This document shows positions 41,874 to 51,646 of a DNA stretch of 64,000 bases, piece by piece. The translations under genes were made by a program, and so were the position numbers. The notes below the pieces were generated by a model that did no database searches, was not told the origin of the DNA, and saw nothing but the letters and a program-made list of their open reading frames with translations. How positions within the stretch are numbered: position 1 is the stretch's first letter; each line of letters starts with the position of its first letter. The stretch covers positions 480,001 through 544,000 of the forward strand of contig CAVSGP010000009.1 of assembly GCA_963727505.1 (NCBI GenBank). The letters run 5' to 3'. The stretch is from an uncultured Trueperaceae bacterium. Its GTDB lineage: Bacteria; Deinococcota; Deinococci; Deinococcales; Trueperaceae.

Positions 41874-43426
41874 CCCACCGAGCCTCGCTTGGTCCCGGCC
41901 GCGCCGGCTTTGTCTCCGCCCTTCTGGCGCGCCTTGGCGGCCTCCTTCTCCAGCTCTGCCTCGCGCTGCGGGTTGTCGTCGGGCAGACCCTGGTTGATGG
42001 CGCCGAGCGCCGCACCGATGCGCTTGAGCACCCGTCGCTTGCCCAGGATGGTGACGAGGTCGGTCACGCCGGGAGCGTGGGTGGTACCGGTGAGGGCCGC
42101 TCGCAGCGGCTGCAGCACCTTGCCCATGCCGACGCTCTGGTCCTGGACGTAGTCGTGTAGCAGGTCGTCGACGCCGTCGTAATCGAAGAACTCCAGGATG
42201 GAGAACTCGCGCTCCAGGTCCTCCAGGTACTTCTGGCCAGCGGCCAGTTGCTTGCGCGCCGAGGCGTCGTAGCGGACGTCCTCGGCGAAGAAGTAGCCGG
42301 CGGCATCGGCCACGTCGACCAGGGTCTCGGCGCGGGGACGCAGCACGTCGACGACGTCGAGCAGGTAGTCGTGGTCGTCCCAGCGGTAGCCCCGTTCCTC
42401 GAGGAGCGGTGCCACACGCCCGGCAACGTCCTCCAGGGAGAGTTGATCGCGCAGGTACTTGGCGTTGAAGTAACGCAGCTTCTTGAGGTCGAACACCGGC
42501 CCGCCCAGCGATACGCGCCCGATGTCGAACGACTCGATCATCTCGTCGAGGGTGAAGAACTCGCGCCCGTCGGGCATGCTCCAGCCCATGGTGGCAAGGA
42601 AGTTGAGCAGCGCTTCCGGCAGGATGCCCTGCTGCCGGTACGACGCCACCGAGGTGTCGAGCTTGCGCTTGCTGACCTTGCTCTTGTCCGGGTTGCGCAG
42701 CAGTGGCATGTGCACGAACTGGGGCAGCTCCCATCCGAAGGCCCTGTAGAGCAGCACGTGGATCGGCGTGCTGGTGACCCACTCCTCTGCGCGGATGACG
42801 TGGGTGACACCCATCAGGTGGTCGTCGACGACGTTGGCGAGGTGATAGGTTGGATAGCCGTCGCTCTTGAGCAGCACGGGATCGCGGATCTCCTCGTTGT
42901 GGATGCTCACGTCGCCCCGCAACTCGTCGCGGAAGGTGGTGGAGCCCTCGTCAGGGGTCGCCAGCCGCACAACATGAGGTTCGCCGGCTTGCGCCCGCTT
43001 GTCCTGCTCGGCCCGGCCCACGGCGCGCCCTCGCCCGTCGTAGCCGAGCGGTCTGCCGAGGCGCTTCTGGTCGGTGCGCATGGCGTCGAGTTCCTCGGAC
43101 GTCTCGAAGGCGCGGTAGGCCTTGCCGTCCGCGAGGAGTCGATCGACGTGCTCCCGATAGAGCTCGGTGCGTTCGCTCTGACGGTAGGGTCCGAGCTCGC
43201 CTCCGACGTCGGGTCCTTCGTCCGGAAGGACCTTCAGCCACTCGAACATCTCCAGGATGCGCTTCTCGGCGCCCGCGTCGTAACGCTGGCGGTCGGTGTC
43301 CTCCAGCCGGAAGATGAAACGCCCTCCGCGGCTCTTCGCGAAGGCGTAGTTGAACAGGCCGACGTACGCCGTCCCGACGTGCGGGTCGCCGGTGGGGGAG
43401 GGTGCAATCCGCGTTGCGACTGTCAT
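41870..43426 (-). CDS. gltX: Glutamate--tRNA ligase
   Basis: RIAPSPTGDPHVG, RLEDTD, PTYHLANVVDDH, KVSKR; SD AGGAGG. Confidence 0.96.
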   Translation of the reverse strand: MTVATRIAPSPTGDPHVGTAYVGLFNYAFAKSRGGRFIFRLEDTDRQRYDAGAEKRILEMFEWLKVLPDEGPDVGGELGPYRQSERTELYREHVDRLLADGKAYRAFETSEELDAMRTDQKRLGRPLGYDGRGRAVGRAEQDKRAQAGEPHVVRLATPDEGSTTFRDELRGDVSIHNEEIRDPVLLKSDGYPTYHLANVVDDHLMGVTHVIRAEEWVTSTPIHVLLYRAFGWELPQFVHMPLLRNPDKSKVSKRKLDTSVASYRQQGILPEALLNFLATMGWSMPDGREFFTLDEMIESFDIGRVSLGGPVFDLKKLRYFNAKYLRDQLSLEDVAGRVAPLLEERGYRWDDHDYLLDVVDVLRPRAETLVDVADAAGYFFAEDVRYDASARKQLAAGQKYLEDLEREFSILEFFDYDGVDDLLHDYVQDQSVGMGKVLQPLRAALTGTTHAPGVTDLVTILGKRRVLKRIGAALGAINQGLPDDNPQREAELEKEAAKARQKGGDKAGAAGTKRGSVG

Positions 43427-43552
43427 GGAGGCGCCTCCTCTTGGGAGCATTGTAGCTCAGGGCCGTGGGCACCGATGTCGGTGCGTGCCGCGTCCCCGGC
43501 GGGGTTCGGGGTATCGGGCGAGCGCGTGCAGCACACGCGCCGCGAAGCGGAC

Positions 43553-44353
43553 TCAGTGCAGCGCGACGGTGATCAGGGTGATGGCGGCCACGGCCCAGAG
43601 GTAGGGCGCGAACATCCGGAAGCGGCCGCGCCGCAGCACTGCGAACAGCACCATAAGCGCCAGATAGCCGGTGACGAAGGAGGTGACGAACATGGCGAGG
43701 ACGGGTCCCCAACCGATGTGGGCCGCCTGGATGTCCTTGACGCCGAGCACGGTCACGCCTACCGAGACCACCAGATACATCAGGAACGAAAGGCGGGGCG
43801 CCAGCTCGGCATCGGTACCGCGTCCGAGGAAAGTGGCGATGGTGATGCCGGAGCGCGAGATCCCGGGGATCACCGCCAGTCCCTGGGCGATCCCGCCGAT
43901 GAAGGCGTCCAGGAAGGTCACGTCCTTCACCTCGTGTTTGGCCCCGCTCCGGGGGGCGAACCACAGGATGAAGCCGGTGACGATGAGCGCCAGCGCTACC
44001 GGGAGCGGCGCGTTGAGGCTGTCGAAGACGCCCTTGAGCCCGATGCCGATGATGGCGGTGGGAACGGAGCCGACGAGCACCAGCAGCGCCAAGCGCCAGC
44101 CGCTGCGCTGCCTCGCCTCGGCCGAGCCCAGGCCCATGACGAAGCCTCCCACGGCCGTGGCGACGTCGCGCCGCAGGTAGATCAGGACGGCCAGCAGCGT
44201 CCCCGTGTTGGTGGCGATGTCGACCCACAGCTTGAGGCCCGAGCCCCAACCCAGGAAGTAGTTGGTCAGCACGAGGTGACCGGAGCTGGAGACGGGCAGG
44301 AACTCGGTCAGACCCTGGACGATCCCCAGGACCGTTGCGTGGAACAGGCTCAT
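43553..44353 (-). CDS. uppP: Undecaprenyl-diphosphatase
   Basis: QGLTEFLPVSSSGH, PGISRSG. Confidence 0.93.
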   Translation of the reverse strand: MSLFHATVLGIVQGLTEFLPVSSSGHLVLTNYFLGWGSGLKLWVDIATNTGTLLAVLIYLRRDVATAVGGFVMGLGSAEARQRSGWRLALLVLVGSVPTAIIGIGLKGVFDSLNAPLPVALALIVTGFILWFAPRSGAKHEVKDVTFLDAFIGGIAQGLAVIPGISRSGITIATFLGRGTDAELAPRLSFLMYLVVSVGVTVLGVKDIQAAHIGWGPVLAMFVTSFVTGYLALMVLFAVLRRGRFRMFAPYLWAVAAITLITVALH

Positions 44354-44516
44354 GGCGGGCGGGTCCTCCTGGCGTAGGGCCGCCGGCGGGAAGTGCCGGG
44401 CGGGAGAGGGGCTCAGGCGCCCCAACAAACAAGGGGCGGAGCGTCACCCGTCGGGGAACGCTCCGCCTCAGCCGTTCATGCGAACCGTGCAGCCTCCAGG
44501 CCGCACGGACCGACGC

Positions 44517-44903
44517 TCAGCGCTTGCTGAACTGCGGAGCCTTGCGCGCCTTCTTCAGGCCGTACTTCTTCCGCTCCACGATGCGCTGATCGCGCGAAAG
44601 GTGGCCACCCTGCTTGAGGGTGGTGCGGAAGTTCGGGTCGACATGCAGGAGCGCGCGCGCCACGCCCAGTTTGATGGCGTCCGCCTGGCCGCTCGGGCCG
44701 CCGCCAGCCACGGTGATGACCGCGTCGTAGCGACCGGCCGTGTTGGTGGCCTTGAGGGGTTCCAGCGCCTGCACGCCCACGAGGATGCCGCGGAAATAGT
44801 CCTGGAAGTCGCGCCCGTTCACTGTGATGCGGCCGTTGCCCGACCGCAGGAACACGCGCGCGACCGCCGACTTGCGTCGTCCGGTTCCGTAGTATTGATC
44901 CAT
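44517..44903 (-). CDS. rpsI: 30S ribosomal protein S9
   Basis: [14 protein letters not shown]...[19 protein letters not shown]. Confidence 0.98.
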   Translation of the reverse strand: MDQYYGTGRRKSAVARVFLRSGNGRITVNGRDFQDYFRGILVGVQALEPLKATNTAGRYDAVITVAGGGPSGQADAIKLGVARALLHVDPNFRTTLKQGGHLSRDQRIVERKKYGLKKARKAPQFSKR

Positions 44904-45328
44904 CAGGCGACCTCCAACTCCTTCGGCTGCTGCGCCTGATGCGGGTGCGCGTCGCCGGCATACACCTTCAGGCGGCGGATCAACCTGCGGCCCTGGCGCG
45001 TCTTGGGGAGCATGCCCCACACCGCGTGGCGGAGGACCCGATCGGGGTGCCGATCGAGCATCACGCGGGCCGTGGTGCTCTTGAGCCCACCCTGGTACCC
45101 GCTGTACCGGGTGTAGACCTTCTGATCGAGCTTGCGACCGGTGAACACCACCTTCTCGGCGTTGATGACGATGACGTAGTCACCGCCCGCCAGGTGGGGC
45201 GTGTAGTCGGGCTTGTGCTTACCGCGGAGCACCGTGGCGATCCGGGTCGCGAGGCGGCCGACCGTCTGTCCTGCCGCGTCGATGACGACCCAGTCGTTGT
45301 GGGTCTCTTTGGGGAACATCGTCTTCAC
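44903..45328 (-). CDS. rplM: 50S ribosomal protein L13
   Basis: [42 protein letters not shown]. Confidence 0.97.
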   Translation of the reverse strand: MKTMFPKETHNDWVVIDAAGQTVGRLATRIATVLRGKHKPDYTPHLAGGDYVIVINAEKVVFTGRKLDQKVYTRYSGYQGGLKSTTARVMLDRHPDRVLRHAVWGMLPKTRQGRRLIRRLKVYAGDAHPHQAQQPKELEVA

Positions 45329-45348
45329 ACTCGTCACGTCCTTCGGAG

Positions 45349-45424
45349 GCTTGCCGGGTTTGATCGGGGCCGACAATGCGCGAAGCCAAACGCGAGCTTA
45401 GCACGCTGAGGTCGCGCCCGGCAA
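45349..45424 (-). promoter_or_regulatory. rplM promoter (TTGCCG-18-TAAGCT) and 5' leader hairpin
   Basis: -35 at 45419-24, -10 at 45395-400; leader stem UUGUCGG/CCGGCAA with GCCCCG at the stem-loop junction. Confidence 0.55.
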
Positions 45425-45520
45425 GCGCCCTTCGGCGCCGCTCCGTCGCAGCGCTGCACGGGCGGGCGGGGTTCGACCGGGAGGCGACGGTAGCGTCCGG
45501 CCTTGACAGCCACCACCTCA

Positions 45521-45614
45521 GCGTACGACCCTGCGTCGATTCAGGGACGAGAGCGATTCCGTCGTCCCCGGATCTGACACCCCAGGGATCTTCGGTCGAC
45601 GAGGGGTCGCGCGC
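45521..45614 (+). ncRNA. Candidate structured RNA (three-way junction), family unknown
   Basis: P1 45521-40/45595-614 (18 of 20 paired, 3 G-U), P2 45544-50/45562-68, P3 45570-75/45586-91. Confidence 0.45.
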
Positions 45615-45847
45615 AGGAGCAAGACGTAATGGTCTGCTACGCCGCCCACAACGCCCACAACAAGGTGTCGAGAGTTCCGCGGGCCGTTGGGCGCGACCCG
45701 GTCCGAGTCCGAGCGGGCGCGGGCGCCGGCGCAACGCGCATCCCCAGGACCCGGCGTTGCAGACCCCGCACCGGCGACCCCGCACTGGCGCGCGCGCATC
45801 CGCCGCCACCCCAGCCTGAAGGCCCCTACCTGAACAGGAGAGCGCCC

Positions 45848-46024
45848 ATGTTCCACCACGCCACCTTCGTGACCACCAGCCAGCACCATCGCGACCGCCT
45901 GGTCGAACGCGCCGCCGCGTTGACAGGCGAGCGACCCCGCGCCGCGTGCCGTCCGTGGCGGTCGCGCGCCGCGCGCGCGGCGCGCGACCTGGCTTTCGCG
46001 GCGACCGGCTGGCGCCGCTCCTGA
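45848..46024 (+). CDS. Small basic hypothetical protein (58 aa)
   Basis: AGGAG lies 7 nt before the ATG; in frame with an upstream ATG at 45629 that also has an AGGAG. Confidence 0.55.
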   Translation: MFHHATFVTTSQHHRDRLVERAAALTGERPRAACRPWRSRAARAARDLAFAATGWRRS

Positions 46025-46048
46025 AGCGTTGTCGACGCATCGTAGGAC

Positions 46049-46510
46049 TCAGCTCCAGCCCGACCGGTAGGGCTCCATCTCCGGCAGGTTCGACACCAGT
46101 TCGAGGACGTTTCCGTCGGGGTCGCGGAGGAAGGCCAGGCGAACGTTGCCTGCGGCGTCCCTGGGGGCCACGCTGAAGGGCACGCCCGCGGCGGCCAGTG
46201 ATGCGGCGACGCCGTCGACGTCGTCGGTGTGGAAGGCGAGATGTTGGAACCCGAGGGCTGGGGCGCCCTCCCGAGCCGTGGCGGGAGCCGGCGCGGGGGG
46301 CGTCCGGTGCGCGAAGAGCTCGATGAGCGCGCCACCCTTACGCAGGTAGACCAGCTTGAAGGTGCCGTCGTCCAGGAGCAATTGGCCGAGCACCTCGCAT
46401 CCCAGCAACCCCGCATAGAAGTCCAGTGCGCGGTCCATGTCCGCCACCGTGAGGGCCACGTGATCGAGGCTGTCCACGACCGCTGCCCGAACGCTTGGAG
46501 CGCCGCTCAC
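46049..46510 (-). CDS. VOC (glyoxalase/bleomycin resistance) family protein
   Basis: LDHVALTV, IELF, FQHLAF, DPDGNVLELV. Confidence 0.9.
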   Translation of the reverse strand: MSGAPSVRAAVVDSLDHVALTVADMDRALDFYAGLLGCEVLGQLLLDDGTFKLVYLRKGGALIELFAHRTPPAPAPATAREGAPALGFQHLAFHTDDVDGVAASLAAAGVPFSVAPRDAAGNVRLAFLRDPDGNVLELVSNLPEMEPYRSGWS

Positions 46511-48816
46511 GCGTCGACCTCGTGCGGGCGCGGCCCGGGACTCGACGCCCGGGTGCGGGCCAGCAGGGCGTCCACCTGCTCCGTCGCGCTCACGCCGACC
46601 TCCTCCTCGTGCATCGCGAGCACGTTGAGAAGTGGCATGTCCAGCAAGAACCCCATGAGGTCCATGCCGATGACGTGCTCGCCGTCGCTCCCCATGAGGG
46701 CGGCTACGCGCTGGCGGACGTCATCGACCATGGGCGCCAGGACCGGTCCGCCACGGGGATCGTCGAGCCATTCCCGCAGCGTCGAGTCACGGTCGAGGAT
46801 GCAGGGCAGGGCCGTGCCGCGTCGCAGCGTCAGCGATCCACGCAGCCGGATATCCGTCGAAGAGGCGCCGACCAGCACGTCGAAGTCGCCGGCCTCGGTG
46901 ACCCAGCGACCGTAGGCCGGGTCGAAGTAGGCGAACGCCCGGCGATCGAGCGCGAGGGTCACCGTGCGGGTCTCGCCCGGATCGAGCCGGACCTTCCCGA
47001 ACCCCTTGAGCTCCTTGACGGGGCGGCGGAGCCGGGACGCGTGGTCGTGCACGTAGAGCTGCGCTACCTCGCTGCCCGCCCGCGCGCCGGTGTTGCGGAC
47101 GTCGAAGCTCACCTCGACCGTCTCCTCCTCGTCGAACTCCGACGGGGTGACCCGGAGCCGGTCGTAGGCGAAGGTGGTGTAGCTGAGGCCGTGACCGAAC
47201 GGGAAGCGCACTGGCATCCGCCGGACGTCGTAGTAGCGGTAGCCTACGAACAGTCCCTCGCCGTAGACGACGCGCCCGTTGTCGCCCGGGTAGTTCAGGA
47301 ACGCGGGCGTGTCCTCCAGCTTCATGGGGAAGGTCTCCGCCAGCCTGCCGCCGGGGTCGATGGTGCCCAGCAACACGTCGGCAACGGCCGACCCACCCGC
47401 CTGACCCATGGTCCAGGCCTGGACGACGGCGTCGACCTCGTCGAACCAGGGCGTCACGTCGACGGCGCCGCCGTTGTTCAGCACCACCACGGTCGGCCGG
47501 CCCGTCGCGGCGACGGCGTGGATCAGCGCCACTTGCGTCCGGGGAAGCCCGAGCTCGCTACGGTCGTAACCCTCGGACTCCAGCGCTCCTGGAAGCGCCG
47601 TGAAGACCACCGCCACCTCGGCGGCGCTGGCGACGGCGGCCGCCTCGGCGAGCAGTTCGGGGTGGTCCTCGAGGTCGTCACTCCAGCCGTCGGCGTAGCT
47701 GAGCTCGCCGGTGGCCGCAGCGCTGAGCGCGTCCCAGGGGGTGTCGATCCTCGTGGGTCGTACCTGGGCGCTTCCGCCGCCCTGAAGATGCGGCGCGCGC
47801 GCAGAGCGCCCGATCACCGCGACGCGCTTCCCGGCGGCGAGCGGCAGGACGCCGCGGTTGGCCAGCAGCACCGTTCCCTCGGCGGCCGCACGCCGGGCGA
47901 GGGCGTGGTGAGCGTCCTCGTCGAAGGTCCGGCCCCGCGGGGTGGCCGCTGCGCGGTCCGCGAGTCGGAGGATGCGTGATGCCGCGTCGTCGAGCGTCGA
48001 AGCCGCCAGGCGGCCCTCCTGTACGGCCTCGACGATCGCTCGGACGTGGCTCGCCTTGGGCCCGGGCATCTCGAGGTGGAGGCCGGCTTGCAGCGCGGCC
48101 ACCGGGTCGCGCACGGCACCCCAATCGGAAACGACGACGCCCTCGAAACCCCACTCTTCGACCAGCACCCCGCCGAGCAGCCGGGGATGCTGCGAGCACA
48201 ACGTACCGTTGACCCGGTTGTAGGCGGCCATGACGGTCCACGGATGCGCGCGTGTGACCGCGGCTTCGAACGCGGCGAGGTAGATCTCACGCATCGTGCG
48301 TTCGTCCACCTCCACGTCGATGGCGTTGCGCTGGTACTCCTGGTTGTTCAGGGCGAAGTGCTTGAGCGAGGCGCCGACGCCGCGGCTCTGCAGGCCTTCG
48401 ATCCAGGCAACCGCCATCGCACCGGCCAGGAAGGGATCCTCGGAGAAGTACTCGAAGTTGCGGCCGCACAGCGGCGTGCGCTTCACGTTCACGCCGGGCC
48501 CGAGGAGCACGTGCGCGCCGAGGGCGGCGGCCTCCTCGCCGAGCGCCTCACCGACGGCGTGCAGCAGGTCGACGTCCCAGCTCGACGCCAGCGACACCGC
48601 CGTAGGGAAGCAGGTCGCCGGCACGCTCTCCTGGCCGGCGGTGGTGGGATCGGCGACCAGTCGGACGCCGTGCGGTCCGTCCGTGACCCGGACCGCCTCC
48701 AGTCCGAGTCGGGGCAGGGCCGTGGTGCTCCAGGCGGTGGCGCCGACGCACAGCGCGGCCTTCTCCTCGAGGCTGAGGTGGTTCAGGAGGCGGGTCGAGT
48801 CGTTCACATTGGACAT
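46507..48816 (-). CDS. GH3 beta-glucosidase with FnIII domain
   Basis: TDGPHG, GRNFEYFSEDP, KHFALN, VVSDW (nucleophile), ESEGYDR, FGHGLSYT. Confidence 0.93.
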   Translation of the reverse strand: MSNVNDSTRLLNHLSLEEKAALCVGATAWSTTALPRLGLEAVRVTDGPHGVRLVADPTTAGQESVPATCFPTAVSLASSWDVDLLHAVGEALGEEAAALGAHVLLGPGVNVKRTPLCGRNFEYFSEDPFLAGAMAVAWIEGLQSRGVGASLKHFALNNQEYQRNAIDVEVDERTMREIYLAAFEAAVTRAHPWTVMAAYNRVNGTLCSQHPRLLGGVLVEEWGFEGVVVSDWGAVRDPVAALQAGLHLEMPGPKASHVRAIVEAVQEGRLAASTLDDAASRILRLADRAAATPRGRTFDEDAHHALARRAAAEGTVLLANRGVLPLAAGKRVAVIGRSARAPHLQGGGSAQVRPTRIDTPWDALSAAATGELSYADGWSDDLEDHPELLAEAAAVASAAEVAVVFTALPGALESEGYDRSELGLPRTQVALIHAVAATGRPTVVVLNNGGAVDVTPWFDEVDAVVQAWTMGQAGGSAVADVLLGTIDPGGRLAETFPMKLEDTPAFLNYPGDNGRVVYGEGLFVGYRYYDVRRMPVRFPFGHGLSYTTFAYDRLRVTPSEFDEEETVEVSFDVRNTGARAGSEVAQLYVHDHASRLRRPVKELKGFGKVRLDPGETRTVTLALDRRAFAYFDPAYGRWVTEAGDFDVLVGASSTDIRLRGSLTLRRGTALPCILDRDSTLREWLDDPRGGPVLAPMVDDVRQRVAALMGSDGEHVIGMDLMGFLLDMPLLNVLAMHEEEVGVSATEQVDALLARTRASSPGPRPHEVDA

Positions 48817-48857
48817 CCCTTCATGGACCGAGGGGCGGCCCCAACCGTCCCTGGGAG

Positions 48858-49628
48858 TCACAGCAGCGCGCGCAGATGGTCGGCGCTTCGTCGGGCCGTC
48901 CGGATCGGGTCGGAGGGCTCGTCGTGTTCGACGACGTACCACACGGCCCCCGCCTGGCGGCACGCCGGGAGCAGCGCCTGCCAGTTGATCACGCCGTCCC
49001 CGACGTCGGCCCAACCACCTTCACCCCCACGCCTTTCGATCGGAGCGAGGTCCTTGACATGGACGCGCGGGCAGCGGCCGGTGTAGCTGGCGAGGAACTC
49101 GGCCGGGTCGACGCCTGCGCGCTGGATCCAACCCAGGTCGGGCTCGAGGCCGAGGTCCTCGGGATCGGCTGCGTCGAGCAGCCACGCCAGCCCGGTACGG
49201 CCCTCGACGCGCTCTAGCTCGAAGTCGTGATTGTGGTAGAGCAGGCGCACGCCCTCGTCGCGGCAGCGCCGGCCCAGGTCGCCCAGGCGGCGGCCGAGCG
49301 CCTGCCAGCTCTCCGTCGTTCGGCCACGCAGGTCCGGTGGGAGCCACGGCACGACGACTACGTCGTTGCCCAGAGCGCGGTTGAAGCGACACACGCCCGC
49401 CGGATCCTCCTCCAAGGCATGGAGCGGCACGTGGCTCGAGCACACCGTCACGCCTGCCGCCGCCAGGGCCGCCGCGGCGGCATCGGCATCGAGCCCATGG
49501 CTGCCGACGGTCTCCACCGCGGCGTAACCGCTCTCCGCGGCCAGGCGCACCAGCGCTTCGAAGGGCAGCTCGAGGCGCCTGAGCGAGTAGAGCTGCAATG
49601 CGAGGGGCGGAGCGGACGGCGGTGTCAT
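48858..49628 (-). CDS. Sugar phosphate isomerase/epimerase (xylose-isomerase-like TIM barrel)
   Basis: ALQLYSLR, YHNHDFE, EPDLGW, HVKD, VEHD. Confidence 0.88.
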   Translation of the reverse strand: MTPPSAPPLALQLYSLRRLELPFEALVRLAAESGYAAVETVGSHGLDADAAAAALAAAGVTVCSSHVPLHALEEDPAGVCRFNRALGNDVVVVPWLPPDLRGRTTESWQALGRRLGDLGRRCRDEGVRLLYHNHDFELERVEGRTGLAWLLDAADPEDLGLEPDLGWIQRAGVDPAEFLASYTGRCPRVHVKDLAPIERRGGEGGWADVGDGVINWQALLPACRQAGAVWYVVEHDEPSDPIRTARRSADHLRALL

Positions 49629-49661
49629 GGTGACCTTCTTCCGGCCGCGCGGGAGCGCGGT

Positions 49662-50819
49662 TCAGGCGTCGAGCGCGTCCTCTGGAAGACCCAGGGGGAG
49701 GGGAGCGGGCCGCTCGCAGCTGCTCTCGAGATCGATGCGTCGTCCCTGCTCGGCACTCTCCAACGTCGCCTGCATGGTGTCGAGCACGTGGTAGGCGAGC
49801 TCGGCACCGGCGCGGTGCGGGCGACCGGAACGAAACGCGTGCGCCAGGTCGGCTGCGCCGAGGCCGCGTGCGGTCCGGGCGAAGCCGTGCGAGAGCGGCA
49901 GCTCGGTGAACGCCTCGGCCCCGGCCCGCAACAGGCGGACGACGCCGCCGAAGAAGTTCGGGTCCGGCAGCGACAGGGTGCCCTCGGTGCCGTAGATCTC
50001 CAGGCGGGGCAACTCGGAGCCCCACACGTCGAAGCTCGCCACCAGGCTGGCGACCGGGCCCGCTGCGAACTCCAGCAGGGCCGCGACATGCGTAGGGGTG
50101 GTCACGGGGAAGGTCTCGCCGCGCCGCGGGCCGGTCAGGAAGGGCCGGACCCGGGAGCCGGTCGTGCCCGCTCCCGCGACCCTCGCGACCGGCCCGAGCA
50201 GCGCGACCAGCGCGGTCACGTAGTACACCCCGACGTCGAAGAGCGGCCCGGCTCCCGGCTGGTAGAAGAAGCCGGGATTCGGGTGCCAGTGCTCCATGCC
50301 GTGGCTCACGACGAAGGCGGTGGCGCCCAGAGGCCGCCCGATCCAGCCGTCGTCGATGAGCTTCCGTCCCGTCTGCAAGGCGGCACCGAGGAACGTGTCC
50401 GGGGCGCCGCCGAGACGGACGCCGCGTTCGCGAGCGACCGACAGCAGGTACGCGCCGTCGGCGCGGGTGGTCGCAAGGGGTTTCTCGCTGTACACCGCTT
50501 TGCCGGAGCGCAGGGCCGCCAGCGAGACCGCGGCGTGGGCGCTCGGCACGGTCAGGTTGACGACCAGGTCGACGGCTGGGTTCTCGACGAGCGCCTCAGG
50601 TTCGAGAACGCGCGGGACGTCGAACTCGGCCGCCCGGTTGCGGGCCAGGTCGGCGTCCAGATCCGCCACCGCCTCGACCTTCAGCAGCCGGAAGCGGCGG
50701 CACGCCTCGAGATACTGACTGCTGATGTTGCCACATCCCACGATGCCGACCCGGACCGGGGCGGCCGCGCCGACGGCGGCCGTATGGCGGGGGTCGGAGT
50801 CCCCCGCCCTCGAGCTCAT
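49662..50819 (-). CDS. Gfo/Idh/MocA family oxidoreductase
   Basis: GIVGCGNIS, YSEKP, APDTFLG, WHPNPGFFY, GPLFDVGVYY. Confidence 0.92.
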   Translation of the reverse strand: MSSRAGDSDPRHTAAVGAAAPVRVGIVGCGNISSQYLEACRRFRLLKVEAVADLDADLARNRAAEFDVPRVLEPEALVENPAVDLVVNLTVPSAHAAVSLAALRSGKAVYSEKPLATTRADGAYLLSVARERGVRLGGAPDTFLGAALQTGRKLIDDGWIGRPLGATAFVVSHGMEHWHPNPGFFYQPGAGPLFDVGVYYVTALVALLGPVARVAGAGTTGSRVRPFLTGPRRGETFPVTTPTHVAALLEFAAGPVASLVASFDVWGSELPRLEIYGTEGTLSLPDPNFFGGVVRLLRAGAEAFTELPLSHGFARTARGLGAADLAHAFRSGRPHRAGAELAYHVLDTMQATLESAEQGRRIDLESSCERPAPLPLGLPEDALDA

Positions 50820-51646
50820 GTCGCCCCCTCCCCGCCCGCGGGGTGCCAGGCCTCGCCGTGCAGGCTGAAGCTGTCGGCGAACAGCTGGCGCGTGTAGGCG
50901 TGCTCGGGAGCGTGGGTGACGCGATCGACGTCGCCGCGTTCGACCAGCTTGCCGGACTGCATGATGAAGAGGGTATCGCTGACGTAGGTGGCGAGGCTGA
51001 TGTCGTGGGTGATGAACAGGATGGTGAGGTGGCGGTCGCGGTTGAGATCGAGCAGCACGTTGAGGATGTTGGCGCGCGAGGAGGCGTCGATCATGGTGGT
51101 GGGTTCGTCGGCGATGAGCAGCTCGGGTTGCACCATGACCGCCCTGGCGATCATCACGCGCTGGCGCTGCCCTCCCGAGAGCTCGTGAGGGAGCTGGTCG
51201 AGCACGCTGCCGGGGTCGAGTCCGACGCTTTCGAGCGCCGCTACCATGCGCCCTTCGCGTTCGCGCGTTGAGAGGTGGCGGTCCTCGAGGCGGAGCGCGC
51301 TTCTCAGCACGTAGCGCACCGGGAAGAACTGGTTGAAGGAGCCGAACGGGTCCTGGAAGACGGCCTGCACGTGCGTCCAGTACGCCTTGCGACGAGCGAA
51401 GCCGCGCAGCCGGGTGACGTCCTCGCCGTGGAAGTACAGGCGACCCGAGCTGGGCTCGAGCAGCCGAAGCGCCAGCCGCGCCAGGGTGGACTTTCCGCTC
51501 CCCGATTCCCCCACCACGGAGGCGATCTCGCCGCGCTGGAGCTCGAGCGTGACGTCGTCCACCGCCCGGACGGCGCGCGTGCCCTGCCCGAAGAGGCGGG
51601 TGAGCTCCTCGCAGCGTAGTAGCGGAACGGCGCCGCTGGCGGTCAT
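50816..51646 (-). CDS. ABC transporter ATP-binding protein (DppF-like)
   Basis: GESGSGKST, FQDP, LSGGQRQR, IADEPT. Confidence 0.92.
   Translation of the reverse strand: MTASGAVPLLRCEELTRLFGQGTRAVRAVDDVTLELQRGEIASVVGESGSGKSTLARLALRLLEPSSGRLYFHGEDVTRLRGFARRKAYWTHVQAVFQDPFGSFNQFFPVRYVLRSALRLEDRHLSTREREGRMVAALESVGLDPGSVLDQLPHELSGGQRQRVMIARAVMVQPELLIADEPTTMIDASSRANILNVLLDLNRDRHLTILFITHDISLATYVSDTLFIMQSGKLVERGDVDRVTHAPEHAYTRQLFADSFSLHGEAWHPAGGEGAT

Noticed and set aside
45425..45450. Minus-strand GGAG...CGCCGAAGG resembling a glycine riboswitch
   Set aside because: Lacks the rest of the aptamer (CUCUCAGG) and lies upstream of the rplM promoter
45466..45482. GGTTCGA T-loop-like motif suggesting tRNA or tmRNA
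   Set aside because: No T-stem complementarity, cloverleaf or CCA end
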